The notes under the pieces were generated by a model. That model did not search any database. It saw only the letters and a list, made by a program, of their open reading frames with translations, and was not told the origin of the DNA. From positions 1 to 45,180 of the IMG/VR virus record IMGVR_UViG_3300028586_000032: DNA of 45,180 nt; one strand, given 5' to 3'. The DNA comes from a virus. Its lineage: Duplodnaviria > Caudoviricetes. Shown here one piece after another: positions 1 to 8,977 of the stretch; positions within the stretch are counted from its first letter, which is position 1, and each line of letters starts with the position of its first letter. Both the position numbers and the translations under genes were made by a program.

Positions 1-127
1 CGCTCGCGTCCGCTGGCGGGGGTGCGTCATACGCATTGCCCGGGGCGCGGACCGAGCGCGCATCGAACGGGCGGATCTGCTCGAGGATGTCGGCGGCGCT
101 CTGCACCAGCGTCGCGCCCTCGCGGAT
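1..127 (-). pseudogene. dprA: Host dprA, downstream (3') fragment, separated by the prophage; continues beyond window start
   Basis: Minus strand from 127 reads I-R-E-G-A-T-L-V-Q-S-A-A-D-I-L-E-Q, the continuation of the DprA motif GCNxLI(R/K)xGAxLV whose first half is at the right end of the window. Confidence 0.9.
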
Positions 128-146
128 CAAGCATACTGCGGTTGCC
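108..146. other. Left attachment junction (core GAT at 125-127)
   Basis: dprA coding similarity stops at the ATC codon (125-127); the same 3 bp is at 45054-45056; the element-side arm caagcatactgcggtt is an imperfect inverted repeat of the arm at the right junction. Confidence 0.85.
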
Positions 147-176
147 CTACGCGTCCGAAGACGCTTAACTCCGGTT

Positions 177-1955
177 ATGACGCTCCCCGCTTTTCTTTAC
201 GCCCGCTATTCCTCGCTCGAACAAGGCAGAGGCACCTCGCTTGTCCGGCAGTTTGAAAACGGCCGAAAATATGCGGAGAAAAAGGGATGGTTGCTCGATC
301 CTGACCGGGAGATATCCGACAAAGGCCGTTCAGCGTTTCATGGCGCGAATCGGTCTGAGGGCGGCGAGCTGTATGCGTTCGAACGTCAGGTCGAAAAAGG
401 GTTCTACCGGAACGGTGCGGTGTTCGTATGCGAGCATTTCGACCGCATAAGCCGCCAGGGTTGGGAAGAGGTTCATGCCTTCCTGAAAGTCTGCGTTGAA
501 AACGGCGTCAGTGTCGCGACCATCGACGGCGACCGCTTTTACCCAGCCGGTCAGCGCATCGACGGCGGCACCATAATGGAGTTGGTGTTTAAGAGTGAGG
601 GCGCTCGTGAGGAGAGCAACAAAAAGAGTGAGCGAGGGCTGTTCAACTGGTCCGAGAAGATCAAGGCCATTGAAGCCGGCGATCGTAAAGCGAAGATCGG
701 TCTGCCACCCGGTTGGATGATGCGCGATGCCAAGACCGACGATGTGGTCCTGCATCCACACCGCACCGCCGTGCTGCGCGAGATATACGACCTCTATGTT
801 GAGGGGCATGGTCTGCCCAGCATCGTGGCCAAGCTGAACGCGCGTAAAGAGCCAAGCTGGGCCGTCAAAAACAAGGACAAGGGCAATGGCTGGAACACAG
901 CCTACCTTCACAAGCTACTGACCAATCGTGCCGTGCTTGGTGAATACATCCCCATGTCTAGGACCCATGGCGGGATCAACGAAACCAGCAAGGGCATCGT
1001 AAAGCCGGACCACTATCCTCAGGCCATTCCAGCCGAATTGTTTGCGCGCGTAGAGTCTGTTCGCAAGCTGCGCCGGTTCTCAGGAGGGCCAGTGGAGGCC
1101 AATGTCAGCAACCTGTTTTCGGGGTCTGCTTTCTGCACCTGTGGTGCGCCCATGTATTTTCAGAGCCAGCAGAAGGTCGGTCGACCAACGAACCACAAAA
1201 GCAAGATCGATGGCCGCAAACTCAGCTACGTCAGTGGTGTCGATCGCAGCTATCTGAGGTGCAATAACAACCGCCGAAAGCACGAGTGCCAGAACAACAA
1301 GTCATTCAGGTATGAGGCCCTTGAACCCGCGATCCTTGATGCCGTGTTGGCAGTGGCGATAGATGATAGGAAGTTCACTATTCCTGACCACGTTGCGGCC
1401 CTGTCCGCTAACGTCGCGGAAGCCGAACGCCTGCTTCAAAGCAAGCGCCAGAATCTGCAATCCATCGTGGACATGATAGCCGAGCATTTCATCAAGGCGC
1501 TGGCGGTCAAGGCTGCGGAGATCGAGGCAGAGATCGATGTCGAGGAGGCCAAGCTGCGCGAAATGAGGGACGAACTATCGCGCCAGCAAGGAGGGGCTAA
1601 TCCGATCGAGCATCTGGCCCGAGTCCGCGAGGTCAAGGACAGCATAAACAGCGAGGACAAGGACGCCCGTTACAGTGCGAGGGTTCGTGTCAAACAGGCC
1701 CTCGCGTTCCTCACTCGCAGCACGTTTGGTGCCGATGGCGTCGCGACTGTGATGTTGCAGAACGGTCTTATGGCATGGCGCTTCGACCAGAAGGGCGTGA
1801 TGATCGGGGAGCCCGTTGACCTGCGTAACCGTCTCGACCTGCACAGGGGCCTGCCCGGTCCCAAGCAGATGATCGATGATGTGCGTAACCGCATGGAGCA
1901 GCCTGAACGACCGGTCGTTCACCCATCGGAGCAGAAGTGGAAATACGGGTCCTGA
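177..1955 (+). CDS. Large serine recombinase (integrase)
   Basis: YARYSS catalytic Ser motif, EHFDRISR, recombinase domain (LLTNRAVLG), Zn ribbon (CTCG...YLRC...C) and coiled coil; start placed at ATG 177 because upstream sequence is host/att DNA. Confidence 0.95.
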   Translation: MTLPAFLYARYSSLEQGRGTSLVRQFENGRKYAEKKGWLLDPDREISDKGRSAFHGANRSEGGELYAFERQVEKGFYRNGAVFVCEHFDRISRQGWEEVHAFLKVCVENGVSVATIDGDRFYPAGQRIDGGTIMELVFKSEGAREESNKKSERGLFNWSEKIKAIEAGDRKAKIGLPPGWMMRDAKTDDVVLHPHRTAVLREIYDLYVEGHGLPSIVAKLNARKEPSWAVKNKDKGNGWNTAYLHKLLTNRAVLGEYIPMSRTHGGINETSKGIVKPDHYPQAIPAELFARVESVRKLRRFSGGPVEANVSNLFSGSAFCTCGAPMYFQSQQKVGRPTNHKSKIDGRKLSYVSGVDRSYLRCNNNRRKHECQNNKSFRYEALEPAILDAVLAVAIDDRKFTIPDHVAALSANVAEAERLLQSKRQNLQSIVDMIAEHFIKALAVKAAEIEAEIDVEEAKLREMRDELSRQQGGANPIEHLARVREVKDSINSEDKDARYSARVRVKQALAFLTRSTFGADGVATVMLQNGLMAWRFDQKGVMIGEPVDLRNRLDLHRGLPGPKQMIDDVRNRMEQPERPVVHPSEQKWKYGS

Positions 1956-1973
1956 GAACCCTCAGGAAAACCG

Positions 1974-2015
1974 AGACAGGTAAGCGCAGCGTTGGATAGC
2001 TGCGCTTATCTGTCT
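1974..2015. terminator. Hairpin downstream of integrase
   Basis: agacaggtaagcgcagc / gctgcgcttatctgtct inverted repeat between convergent genes; weak U-tract. Confidence 0.6.
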
Positions 2016-2159
2016 GGGCTTGTGCGAGGCTCTATGGGCGTCTCTGGCACTGTCTTTGGACCCACGCGGCCAGCTTGTCATTGGCCGGTCGAATATGCGT
2101 TGTTCGCCGCTGTTTCAAGAAACGCATCAAACGCGGGTTAGCTTGGCTGATCGGCGGCA

Positions 2160-2345
2160 TTAGCAGCGCGGCAGCTTGTGGGTGTCGGAACCGATGTGCA
2201 GGACGAAGTGGCTGCGCTTGCGCTCAACGTAGATGCGCTGGTCATCGAACGTGACCGCGAATGCATCGTCCTCGAAGTCTGCGCTATAGTCGAACGTGCT
2301 GAGTGCGTAGTCTGCGAATGCGTTGAGGTCGATCTGTGTAAGCAT
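2160..2345 (-). CDS. Small acidic hypothetical protein (61 aa)
   Basis: ORF preceded by AGGAG SD on minus strand. Confidence 0.7.
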   Translation of the reverse strand: MLTQIDLNAFADYALSTFDYSADFEDDAFAVTFDDQRIYVERKRSHFVLHIGSDTHKLPRC

Positions 2346-2514
2346 GTGGGCAACTCCTGTTTGCCCACTCTATCAATAGCCTTTTGGCATCCTTTCCTAC
2401 GCCAGACTTGTTCTACCAGCCAGATTTCTGATGTCTCTGCCCTGCTGCCATTCTTTGGTTGATTTGCCCTCCACGTGGCGCTTGATGTTCTGGTGGCAAC
2501 AAGGAGTAAGCCAC

Positions 2515-2874
2515 ATGGACTTAGAACTAATCGCGATGCTCACGCCAGAGATCGTTCAAAAGCTCAACGCCAATCATCACGAGCAGCTACCCCTCAAGGG
2601 CACTCGGCGCGAGCGAGACTTCGAACCCGTATGCAAGATATTCCTGCCGTGGGCTGGGGCGACATGGTTGTTGTCAGAACTGGACGATGACGGACTGGCG
2701 TTTGGTCTGGCCGACATGGGTAGCCCTGAGTTTGGCTACATATCCCTCGATGAGATTTGGGAGGTCGTGGGACCGGGAGGGCTGCGCGTTGAACGAGATA
2801 TCCACTTCAAGGCCGATAAGTCGCTCAGCGCATACGCCAGCGAGGCGAGAGCAAAGGGTAGGATCGTAGCCTAG
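2515..2874 (+). CDS. DUF2958-family protein
   Basis: ATWLLSE...AFGLADMGSPEFGYISLDEI...VERDIHF pattern; AAGGAG SD at 2501-2506. Confidence 0.8.
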   Translation: MDLELIAMLTPEIVQKLNANHHEQLPLKGTRRERDFEPVCKIFLPWAGATWLLSELDDDGLAFGLADMGSPEFGYISLDEIWEVVGPGGLRVERDIHFKADKSLSAYASEARAKGRIVA

Positions 2875-3027
2875 CTAAGTAGATGGCCAGCCGGGGTTTC
2901 TGTCAATTTCCCGGCTGGCCTTTGTAGGCATGGGAGCCGGGTCACTTGAGGTGATCTGGCTCTTTCCTTGACTCCCATCGAGCTGCGCTTATCTCCTGGA
3001 CGGTTAGGGAACGAAAAGGGAACCGAT

Positions 3028-3375
3028 ATGCCGAAGTCCAGAGTGAGGAAAAAGGTCAACAGCGCCAGTCCTTTCGCGCTCAAGCGCGCTGAGGAAGGTC
3101 ATCGCTACCGCCAGAGCATTAACTGGTCCAAGTCCCTCGTCATGAGGGCCGCCAAATATCTCGTGTCCATGGCCGTCATCGTGCTTGGCGTCGTTGCGCT
3201 CGGCCCAAAGCTGGCTTTTGGCACGTATGCTGCGCTTTTGGTGCTTGCACTCGCAGGTGCTTTCGCACTGGCGCTCAAAGCCAAGCATCACAACCGCCGT
3301 TTTAGGCAGTTCAACAGTCTCCTGCCTGTTGGTGCGCGCATCCCCGAACCGGATCGCCTTCGTCGGCGCTACTGA
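3028..3375 (+). CDS. Two-TM membrane protein with basic termini
   Basis: MPKSRVRKK start, two hydrophobic segments, terminator downstream. Confidence 0.7.
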   Translation: MPKSRVRKKVNSASPFALKRAEEGHRYRQSINWSKSLVMRAAKYLVSMAVIVLGVVALGPKLAFGTYAALLVLALAGAFALALKAKHHNRRFRQFNSLLPVGARIPEPDRLRRRY

Positions 3376-3379
3376 CGCA

Positions 3380-3409
3380 AAAGGCCCCGGCACCAATGCC
3401 GGGGCCTTT
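3380..3409. terminator. Bidirectional intrinsic terminator
   Basis: aaaggccccggca-loop-tgccggggccttt between convergent genes. Confidence 0.85.
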
Positions 3410-3430
3410 GGTCACTCGGAGTGAGCCGCA

Positions 3431-3841
3431 TTAGGCGGTCGGCGCAGCTTCCTTTTTGCTGCGGCGCGTCTCGCCCATGCGCTCGCTGCGGCTTTTGACC
3501 TGCTTCGCGATCGCCTCAAGCTGGTCCTTGAACGCGCCCTTCTCGATGTCGGCCTTTATGGCCTTCAATACGTCCACGAACTGCGCCTGAGGAACCGCGA
3601 GTTCCTTTTCCTCACCGACCAGCTTCAGTGGGCTGTTGGCGTAGCGGATCATGAAGGCCACGTTGTCGCCCTCAACGCGGAAGGTCCTGCGTCCCTCAGC
3701 CTCGGGCTTGCCATACAATTCGATCTGCTTGTCGATACTGGCCATTACGACCGCCGATGCCGTGCGCGCTGAACCAGCGGCTTTGGCCTTTGCGAAGCCC
3801 TCGACCGTGTGAGCGGGCTTTACGGTCTTTTTCCAGTCCAT
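3431..3841 (-). CDS. Basic hypothetical protein (136 aa)
   Basis: GGAG SD, Lys/Ala-rich, ends at terminator. Confidence 0.75.
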   Translation of the reverse strand: MDWKKTVKPAHTVEGFAKAKAAGSARTASAVVMASIDKQIELYGKPEAEGRRTFRVEGDNVAFMIRYANSPLKLVGEEKELAVPQAQFVDVLKAIKADIEKGAFKDQLEAIAKQVKSRSERMGETRRSKKEAAPTA

Positions 3842-3919
3842 TCTAAGTCTCCAGCTATTGCAGCAACGCTGCTGCTGTTGAGACTAAAAGACATCGCCTG
3901 ACTTTCAGAGCAACCGCTT

Positions 3920-4444
3920 TCAGGCATAAAGTGCCCGACGCATCATATTGTCCGTTACGCCGACGTAGGATTGCGTGGTTGCAATGCTGCTATGGCCGAG
4001 CACCTTGCTAACGATGGCGATATTCACGTCCCGATCTACGAGACTGGTAGCGAGGGTCCGGCGACCACTGTAGCAGGAGCCCTCAACGCCTGCGAGTTTG
4101 TAGAGCCGACGCATAGCCTCGCTGATCCCGTTGGCCGTGAACACGTCCCCCGCCTTGTTGCGGAATACGCGCCCTGCGTTGCCCTGCATGTGCGCGGCCA
4201 AAGCGTCCAGAATCTCGCTGCATAGGGGCAAGCTGCGTCCCTGCTTGCGCTTGCTATGGCCGAGCGGGATGCGGAGTTCGTCACCCCGGAACCAGCTAGT
4301 ATCAAGTCCCGCGATCTCCATGGGGCGCAGGCCCAATTTAATGCTCAGCAGCATCATAAGCCGATACATATGGGGACGGCTGGTCGTCGCGGCGTAATTC
4401 AAAACAGTTTCAAACTCGGACTGCTTCTTAATCGGTGCGCGCAT
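3920..4444 (-). CDS. Small tyrosine recombinase (catalytic domain only)
   Basis: GLRPMEI (Arg), K, YSGRR (HxxR position), LGH and terminal Tyr (TTQSY); AAAGGAG SD before MRAPIK. Confidence 0.9.
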   Translation of the reverse strand: MRAPIKKQSEFETVLNYAATTSRPHMYRLMMLLSIKLGLRPMEIAGLDTSWFRGDELRIPLGHSKRKQGRSLPLCSEILDALAAHMQGNAGRVFRNKAGDVFTANGISEAMRRLYKLAGVEGSCYSGRRTLATSLVDRDVNIAIVSKVLGHSSIATTQSYVGVTDNMMRRALYA

Positions 4445-4580
4445 ATGCTGAACTCCTTTGCTGTTCAGCATGTTTGCAGTCGTTGGACGGCCATTCCTAC
4501 CAAAACCAGACCAAAAACATAATAAAGCGACGAGTCGTTGCGAGCTAAATATCTTGGACAGAAACAAACAGGTGCTTACA

Positions 4581-4916
4581 ATGACGAATCAAAACAACAT
4601 CTACGAACGAGCCCGCTCTTTCCGGTTGGCACAACTCGACGCGCTAAACGTCAACAATGAGCCTCGCACTTTTCAGACCGAAGCCGAGCGCATTCGCGAA
4701 GCTACGGTTGAACAGATTTCTAACTGGGGTCTTTCTACCGGTCAGAACGGCTACGCCGATGCTCAGAATTCAATGATCGTTGCAGCCCGCGACGCATTGG
4801 AAGCGCAGAGGCGCGAACAAGCTCTCGAGGTTGCAAACCGCCACAGTATCCCAGCCTGGGATACCCATGCCCTTGAAATGCGAGATACTATCCGCAAGCT
4901 GGTAGGTGCCCGATGA
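4581..4916 (+). CDS. Hypothetical protein (helical)
   Basis: TAAATA at 4546, AGGT SD, ATGA overlap with next ORF. Confidence 0.7.
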   Translation: MTNQNNIYERARSFRLAQLDALNVNNEPRTFQTEAERIREATVEQISNWGLSTGQNGYADAQNSMIVAARDALEAQRREQALEVANRHSIPAWDTHALEMRDTIRKLVGAR

Positions 4917-5104
4917 GCGAACCGCTCTACAAGGTCAGGCTGCGCCTCATCGACAAAGAGTCGTGTGATCGCCCTTACGATTGGCTCTGTGAGAACGAAC
5001 GACAGCACCATTTCGTCAACGCCTATTTCAACAGGCCATCTGACGTCATCGTTGTGCTGAATGATCGCGACACCGCGCTCATTTTGAAGTTGGCTCTTTC
5101 GTAG
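4913..5104 (+). CDS. Small hypothetical protein with C-terminal D-x-x-x-A-x-x-(L/F)KL motif
   Basis: Translationally coupled ORF; ends NDRDTALILKLALS. Confidence 0.65.
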   Translation: MSEPLYKVRLRLIDKESCDRPYDWLCENERQHHFVNAYFNRPSDVIVVLNDRDTALILKLALS

Positions 5105-5453
5105 GCCTAAAGCCGCGCCAGACCCAGCGGGCCACATAAAAGACACCGATCAGCAATGCGGTAACGAAGACGTCGAACAGGAACGCATAGCCTAGAGCCT
5201 GCGCCCACCACTGGCCCGGCGAGATATGCTCATGCTGGAACGCACTGAGATTCGCACCCTGCCTCTCGGCACATTGCGCGACTGTCTCGTCCGGCTTGTG
5301 ACCAAAATCGGTGTTGCAGAGGCTAAACGTGGCCTGATCGAGTGTGGCCCACGTTTTGAAGAGATCGTTTGTTGCCCACGTAGCTGCGCCAACGGTCCAG
5401 ATGACCGACAGGACAATCCACAGCCTTATGAGTCCCTTGCGCGCAACCCGCAT
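5079..5453 (-). CDS. Two-TM membrane protein with Cys-containing loop
   Basis: LIRLWIVLSVIW and LGYAFLFDVFVTALLIGVFYVARW hydrophobic segments. Confidence 0.7.
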   Translation of the reverse strand: MRVARKGLIRLWIVLSVIWTVGAATWATNDLFKTWATLDQATFSLCNTDFGHKPDETVAQCAERQGANLSAFQHEHISPGQWWAQALGYAFLFDVFVTALLIGVFYVARWVWRGFRPTKEPTSK

Positions 5454-5552
5454 GGCGGCATCCCCCTGACACGATCCTAGCGACTTGGCGATCCTGCTCA
5501 AGCTGCCGCTGGCCTAGCATAAAGATGCCTATCAACACGGATAACTATCTGT

Positions 5553-6083
5553 GTGACAGAGCAAGCTCAAATCGAGGATGAAGACCGCCGTTTTGGTGTC
5601 CGCGAACTCCGGACCTGCGAATATCCCGGTTGCGAACGTTTGAACAAAGGCGGCTATCAGGCACTTTGCGAACGCCACTATAGAGAGCGACGGGTAGAAA
5701 AGCTGCCCACGTTGTTCCACGCCGACAAGCCTGAACGAATGGGCCGATACGAAAATCGTAAAACTGGCTACATCCTTTTACGCGACAAAACCCATTCCCT
5801 GTCGAATAAGCAGGGCTACGTTTATGAGCATCGGGCGGTTGCTTTCCAGAAGTATGGTCCGGGTTCGCAAACGTGTTATTGGTGCAACGCAGACATCGAA
5901 TGGGCAGACCTGCACGTAGATCATTTGGATTGGAACCGAACGAACAATACCTTCGCTAACCTCGTGACAAGTTGCCCAGATTGTAATGTGAACCGGAATA
6001 GTCCCAAAGCTGCTGAACCAGTGGACCGTTCACAAGAGGACAGAACCAAGCTGCGGAACCTCATTCGTCGATTGAACGATTAG
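5553..6083 (+). CDS. HNH endonuclease
   Basis: YVYEHR, CxxC, HVDHLDWNRTNNTFANLVTSCPDCN. Confidence 0.88.
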   Translation: MTEQAQIEDEDRRFGVRELRTCEYPGCERLNKGGYQALCERHYRERRVEKLPTLFHADKPERMGRYENRKTGYILLRDKTHSLSNKQGYVYEHRAVAFQKYGPGSQTCYWCNADIEWADLHVDHLDWNRTNNTFANLVTSCPDCNVNRNSPKAAEPVDRSQEDRTKLRNLIRRLND

Positions 6084-6148
6084 CAGGCCCTATGGGTTGT
6101 TCCTCACAATTCCTCGGCCTAAGTGCGCGGAATAATTGGAGCCCCTGC

Positions 6149-6649
6149 ATGTCTGACGATACCTACACCCCCAACGCCGTTGAACTCGCCACGGAGTTGA
6201 CGATCGCTTGGTTAAGCAATCCTAACACGCGCACGAACGCCGATGACGTGCCGGCCTTCCTCGCTTCGATGCACGCCAGCGTTCAGGGCCTCGTCGGTGG
6301 TTCCACGGAAGCCACTGGACCAGCGGATGAGGCAAAGGAATACGTGGGCGCAGTGACGGCCCGTAAGAGCCTTGCGAGCCCTGACCACATCATCAGCATG
6401 ATCGACGGCAAGCCCTACAAGACCCTGCGTCGTCACCTCGCGACCAATGGCCTGACGCCGAAGGAATATATCGAGCGGTATAACCTCAAGGCCGATTATC
6501 CTATGGTTGCCCCGACGTATTCGGCTGCTCGTCAGGAAATGGCCAAGAAGATCGGTCTGGGTCGCAAGCCTGGTCAGACGAACGCCCCCAAGGCCGAAGC
6601 TGCAAAGCCCGCACCACGTAAGCGCAAGACCGACGACACCGCGGAATAA
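6149..6649 (+). CDS. mucR: MucR/Ros family transcriptional regulator
   Basis: IISMIDGKPYKTLRRHL...LTPKEYIERYNL..DYPMVAPTYS..R..MAKKIGLGRK signature. Confidence 0.93.
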   Translation: MSDDTYTPNAVELATELTIAWLSNPNTRTNADDVPAFLASMHASVQGLVGGSTEATGPADEAKEYVGAVTARKSLASPDHIISMIDGKPYKTLRRHLATNGLTPKEYIERYNLKADYPMVAPTYSAARQEMAKKIGLGRKPGQTNAPKAEAAKPAPRKRKTDDTAE

Positions 6650-6656
6650 CCGACTG

Positions 6657-6686
6657 GGCTGGCTATCCGCGGATAGCCAGCCTTTT
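6657..6686 (+). terminator. Intrinsic terminator after mucR
   Basis: Perfect 26-bp palindrome ggctggctatccgcggatagccagcc followed by tttt. Confidence 0.8.
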
Positions 6687-6722
6687 AACCCTTGGGCAAT
6701 CGTGGGCCGGTAGATCGGCCAG

Positions 6723-7367
6723 ATGAACAATCTAGTCCGTGACGCCCTGATGGCCCACTTGCCCCCAGGCACCAGAGGCAGGCCCTACAACGGCGCAACC
6801 AAATACACCTTCGACTGTCCCGGTTGCATCCCTCGTGGCCATAGCCGCGACCGCACCAAACGAGGGTCGGTGTTCGTCAATCCCGACGGCAGCACGGGGT
6901 ATGACTGCTTCCAATGCCAACTGAGAACGCGGCAGGACCCCAACAAGCCACTAACCAAAAAGATGGACGAGCTACTGGGCTACATGGGCATGAGCGAGGA
7001 AGATCGGCTCAAGCTGGGCTTCCACGTTGGTCAGGCGATATTTGCGCGCAACAATGGCCCTACGATCAAGAAGCGCGACCTACCCAGCGGTGCGATTCTC
7101 ATAAAGCACCTCGTGGCCAATCCACCGGATGACCAGAACTTCCGCGATGTCATGGCTGACTTGGCCGACATGAGCGAAGAGATACGAGACTCATATTATT
7201 GGACGGCTGAACCCGGAGCGAGTGGCGACATGAACCGTCGTTATATCTGGTTCTTTGGCACGACCCATGACCCCGTGGGCTGGGCGGCAAAAACCATTGA
7301 TGACCGAGACGCCGAGGACATATTGAGCGACCCCAATATCTGGCTTCACGACGATGAAGATCGCTAG
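6723..7367 (+). CDS. Primase-like Zn-binding-domain protein lacking a recognisable TOPRIM domain
   Basis: DCPGC...DRTKRG...YDCFQC pattern resembling phage primase N-termini; only 214 aa. Confidence 0.6.
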   Translation: MNNLVRDALMAHLPPGTRGRPYNGATKYTFDCPGCIPRGHSRDRTKRGSVFVNPDGSTGYDCFQCQLRTRQDPNKPLTKKMDELLGYMGMSEEDRLKLGFHVGQAIFARNNGPTIKKRDLPSGAILIKHLVANPPDDQNFRDVMADLADMSEEIRDSYYWTAEPGASGDMNRRYIWFFGTTHDPVGWAAKTIDDRDAEDILSDPNIWLHDDEDR

Positions 7368-7439
7368 ACCGGCGCCCCCGTCCCCGATAGCCTGTCGAAA
7401 ATAGGGGTGTCGATCTTGGCAGACGATGGGACGATTGCA

Positions 7440-8972
7440 ATGGATCAGCACGACCTATTCGCCACCCCCGCAGCTACCGAACCGCGGCTGATCGTTGATG
7501 TCTTGGACGAGGTCGTCAACGTCATATTACGATTACCCGATGCCGTCGAACAGCGGGTTTCGAAGATCTTTCTCGACGGCGAGCCTCCCAAGCCTCGTCG
7601 TATTTTGAGCTTTGATTTTCACGCTGGTGAACTAAGCATCTTCCCGCAACTAACGCTTGAGACGGCGAAGTTGTATCGTCAGAAATACCGACGCCTCAAA
7701 GAGATCGTGGTTGACCTGGACACCCGGTCTAATAAGCCCGAAGATCACTTTGCCGTTCTCGGCTTTCTAGATGACTTGCCCAGTGGACTTATGCGTGATC
7801 CCGAATGGGGTTTCGGTTTTATCAAGGAGATGAAGCCTCTAGTTCAAGCTATTGAACAGATTGAGGGGGTGACGCGCCTCGTTATTGGAGAATTTGAGAC
7901 GACGCGTGTAGAGGGCAACACTTTCTTTATGGGCGAGGGCGAATACCTGACCCTTCGAAGCGGAATGAACCGGATCGCACGCCGCGCTCAACAGCAAAGC
8001 CTTACGGATCGTGCCATATTAGCCCACAATGCGTCGATACATATCGCCCAACCTGCCAAGTTCTCGTTTAAAGAACGCCCTTATGAGCCCGGCACGATAT
8101 TCCGGCTGTTAGGCGGCTCGAAATCGAGTGGCGTCAAGCTGAGGGGCAAAGACAGAGCGGGTATGCTGGCCGCATTTGCCAACAACGCCAGTGCGATAGC
8201 GCAGCGCGATCCTAAGGAGTTCGTTCAGCTTCAAAAAGATATTGAGCTTGTCAGCTTAGATAGGCTTATAGCGAACTTCGAAATGCGTTTGAGGAGAAAT
8301 AGCGCAGAAGCCGAGTGGCAACGGCTGCTCGAACTTAACCCCTTCATTCTGTCGATGCTTTTTGGTCAGCCTATCATTGTTATTCAAGCTGGGGCGTCTG
8401 TTGGCGGCCAGACGGTAATAGGTAGTGGCACCAAAATAGCCGACTTCCTCGCCAAGAACCCTATCAGTCATAACGCCGTGCTCGTAGAACTGAAGACGCC
8501 CAAAACACCATTACTCGGTCAGGAGTATCGTAAAGGCGTTTTTGGTCCATCGTCAGCAATCATGGGGTCAATCATTCAGCTCCTAGATCAACGGCTCAAG
8601 CTGACTACCGGCATCATGGCTACTCGCTACAACAACAGCGAAAATGACGACATCAGCAACCTAGATGTATCTGCGGTAGACTGCGTGGTCGTTGCCGGGA
8701 CCACCCCCGCCGAAAAGGACAAGCGGACTTCCTTTGAGCTAATGAGAAACCAGCTAAAAGATGCGCGTGTTATCACTTTTGACGAGCTTCTTGAGCGACT
8801 TCAGTTGCTGCGAGAGCTGTTATCGGGAGAGAGGTATGTTTCCGAAATTCAAGATGATGAAATAGACGAGCTCGATGAGGAGTTAGGGGTGGTTGGGGCG
8901 ACTCTCGAACTCGCCGATGAGATTGTCGACGAAGGTGAAGGCGAAGACGAAGCCGAACAACTCCCTTTTTAA
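7440..8972 (+). CDS. sduA: Shedu anti-phage nuclease (DUF4263 C-terminal domain)
   Basis: EAEWQ.LLE.NP.IL, ADFL, VELKTP, IIQ, VITFDELL motifs; long N-terminal putative sensor region. Confidence 0.85.
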   Translation: MDQHDLFATPAATEPRLIVDVLDEVVNVILRLPDAVEQRVSKIFLDGEPPKPRRILSFDFHAGELSIFPQLTLETAKLYRQKYRRLKEIVVDLDTRSNKPEDHFAVLGFLDDLPSGLMRDPEWGFGFIKEMKPLVQAIEQIEGVTRLVIGEFETTRVEGNTFFMGEGEYLTLRSGMNRIARRAQQQSLTDRAILAHNASIHIAQPAKFSFKERPYEPGTIFRLLGGSKSSGVKLRGKDRAGMLAAFANNASAIAQRDPKEFVQLQKDIELVSLDRLIANFEMRLRRNSAEAEWQRLLELNPFILSMLFGQPIIVIQAGASVGGQTVIGSGTKIADFLAKNPISHNAVLVELKTPKTPLLGQEYRKGVFGPSSAIMGSIIQLLDQRLKLTTGIMATRYNNSENDDISNLDVSAVDCVVVAGTTPAEKDKRTSFELMRNQLKDARVITFDELLERLQLLRELLSGERYVSEIQDDEIDELDEELGVVGATLELADEIVDEGEGEDEAEQLPF

Positions 8973-8977
8973 AGCCC

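Noticed and set aside
36-176. N-terminal extension of the integrase ORF in the six-frame track
   Set aside because: Overlaps host dprA antisense and the att junction; the serine recombinase domain begins at ATG 177
2102-2116. Near-match LexA box GTTC-N7-TTTC
   Set aside because: One mismatch, and it lies between convergent gene ends rather than at a promoter
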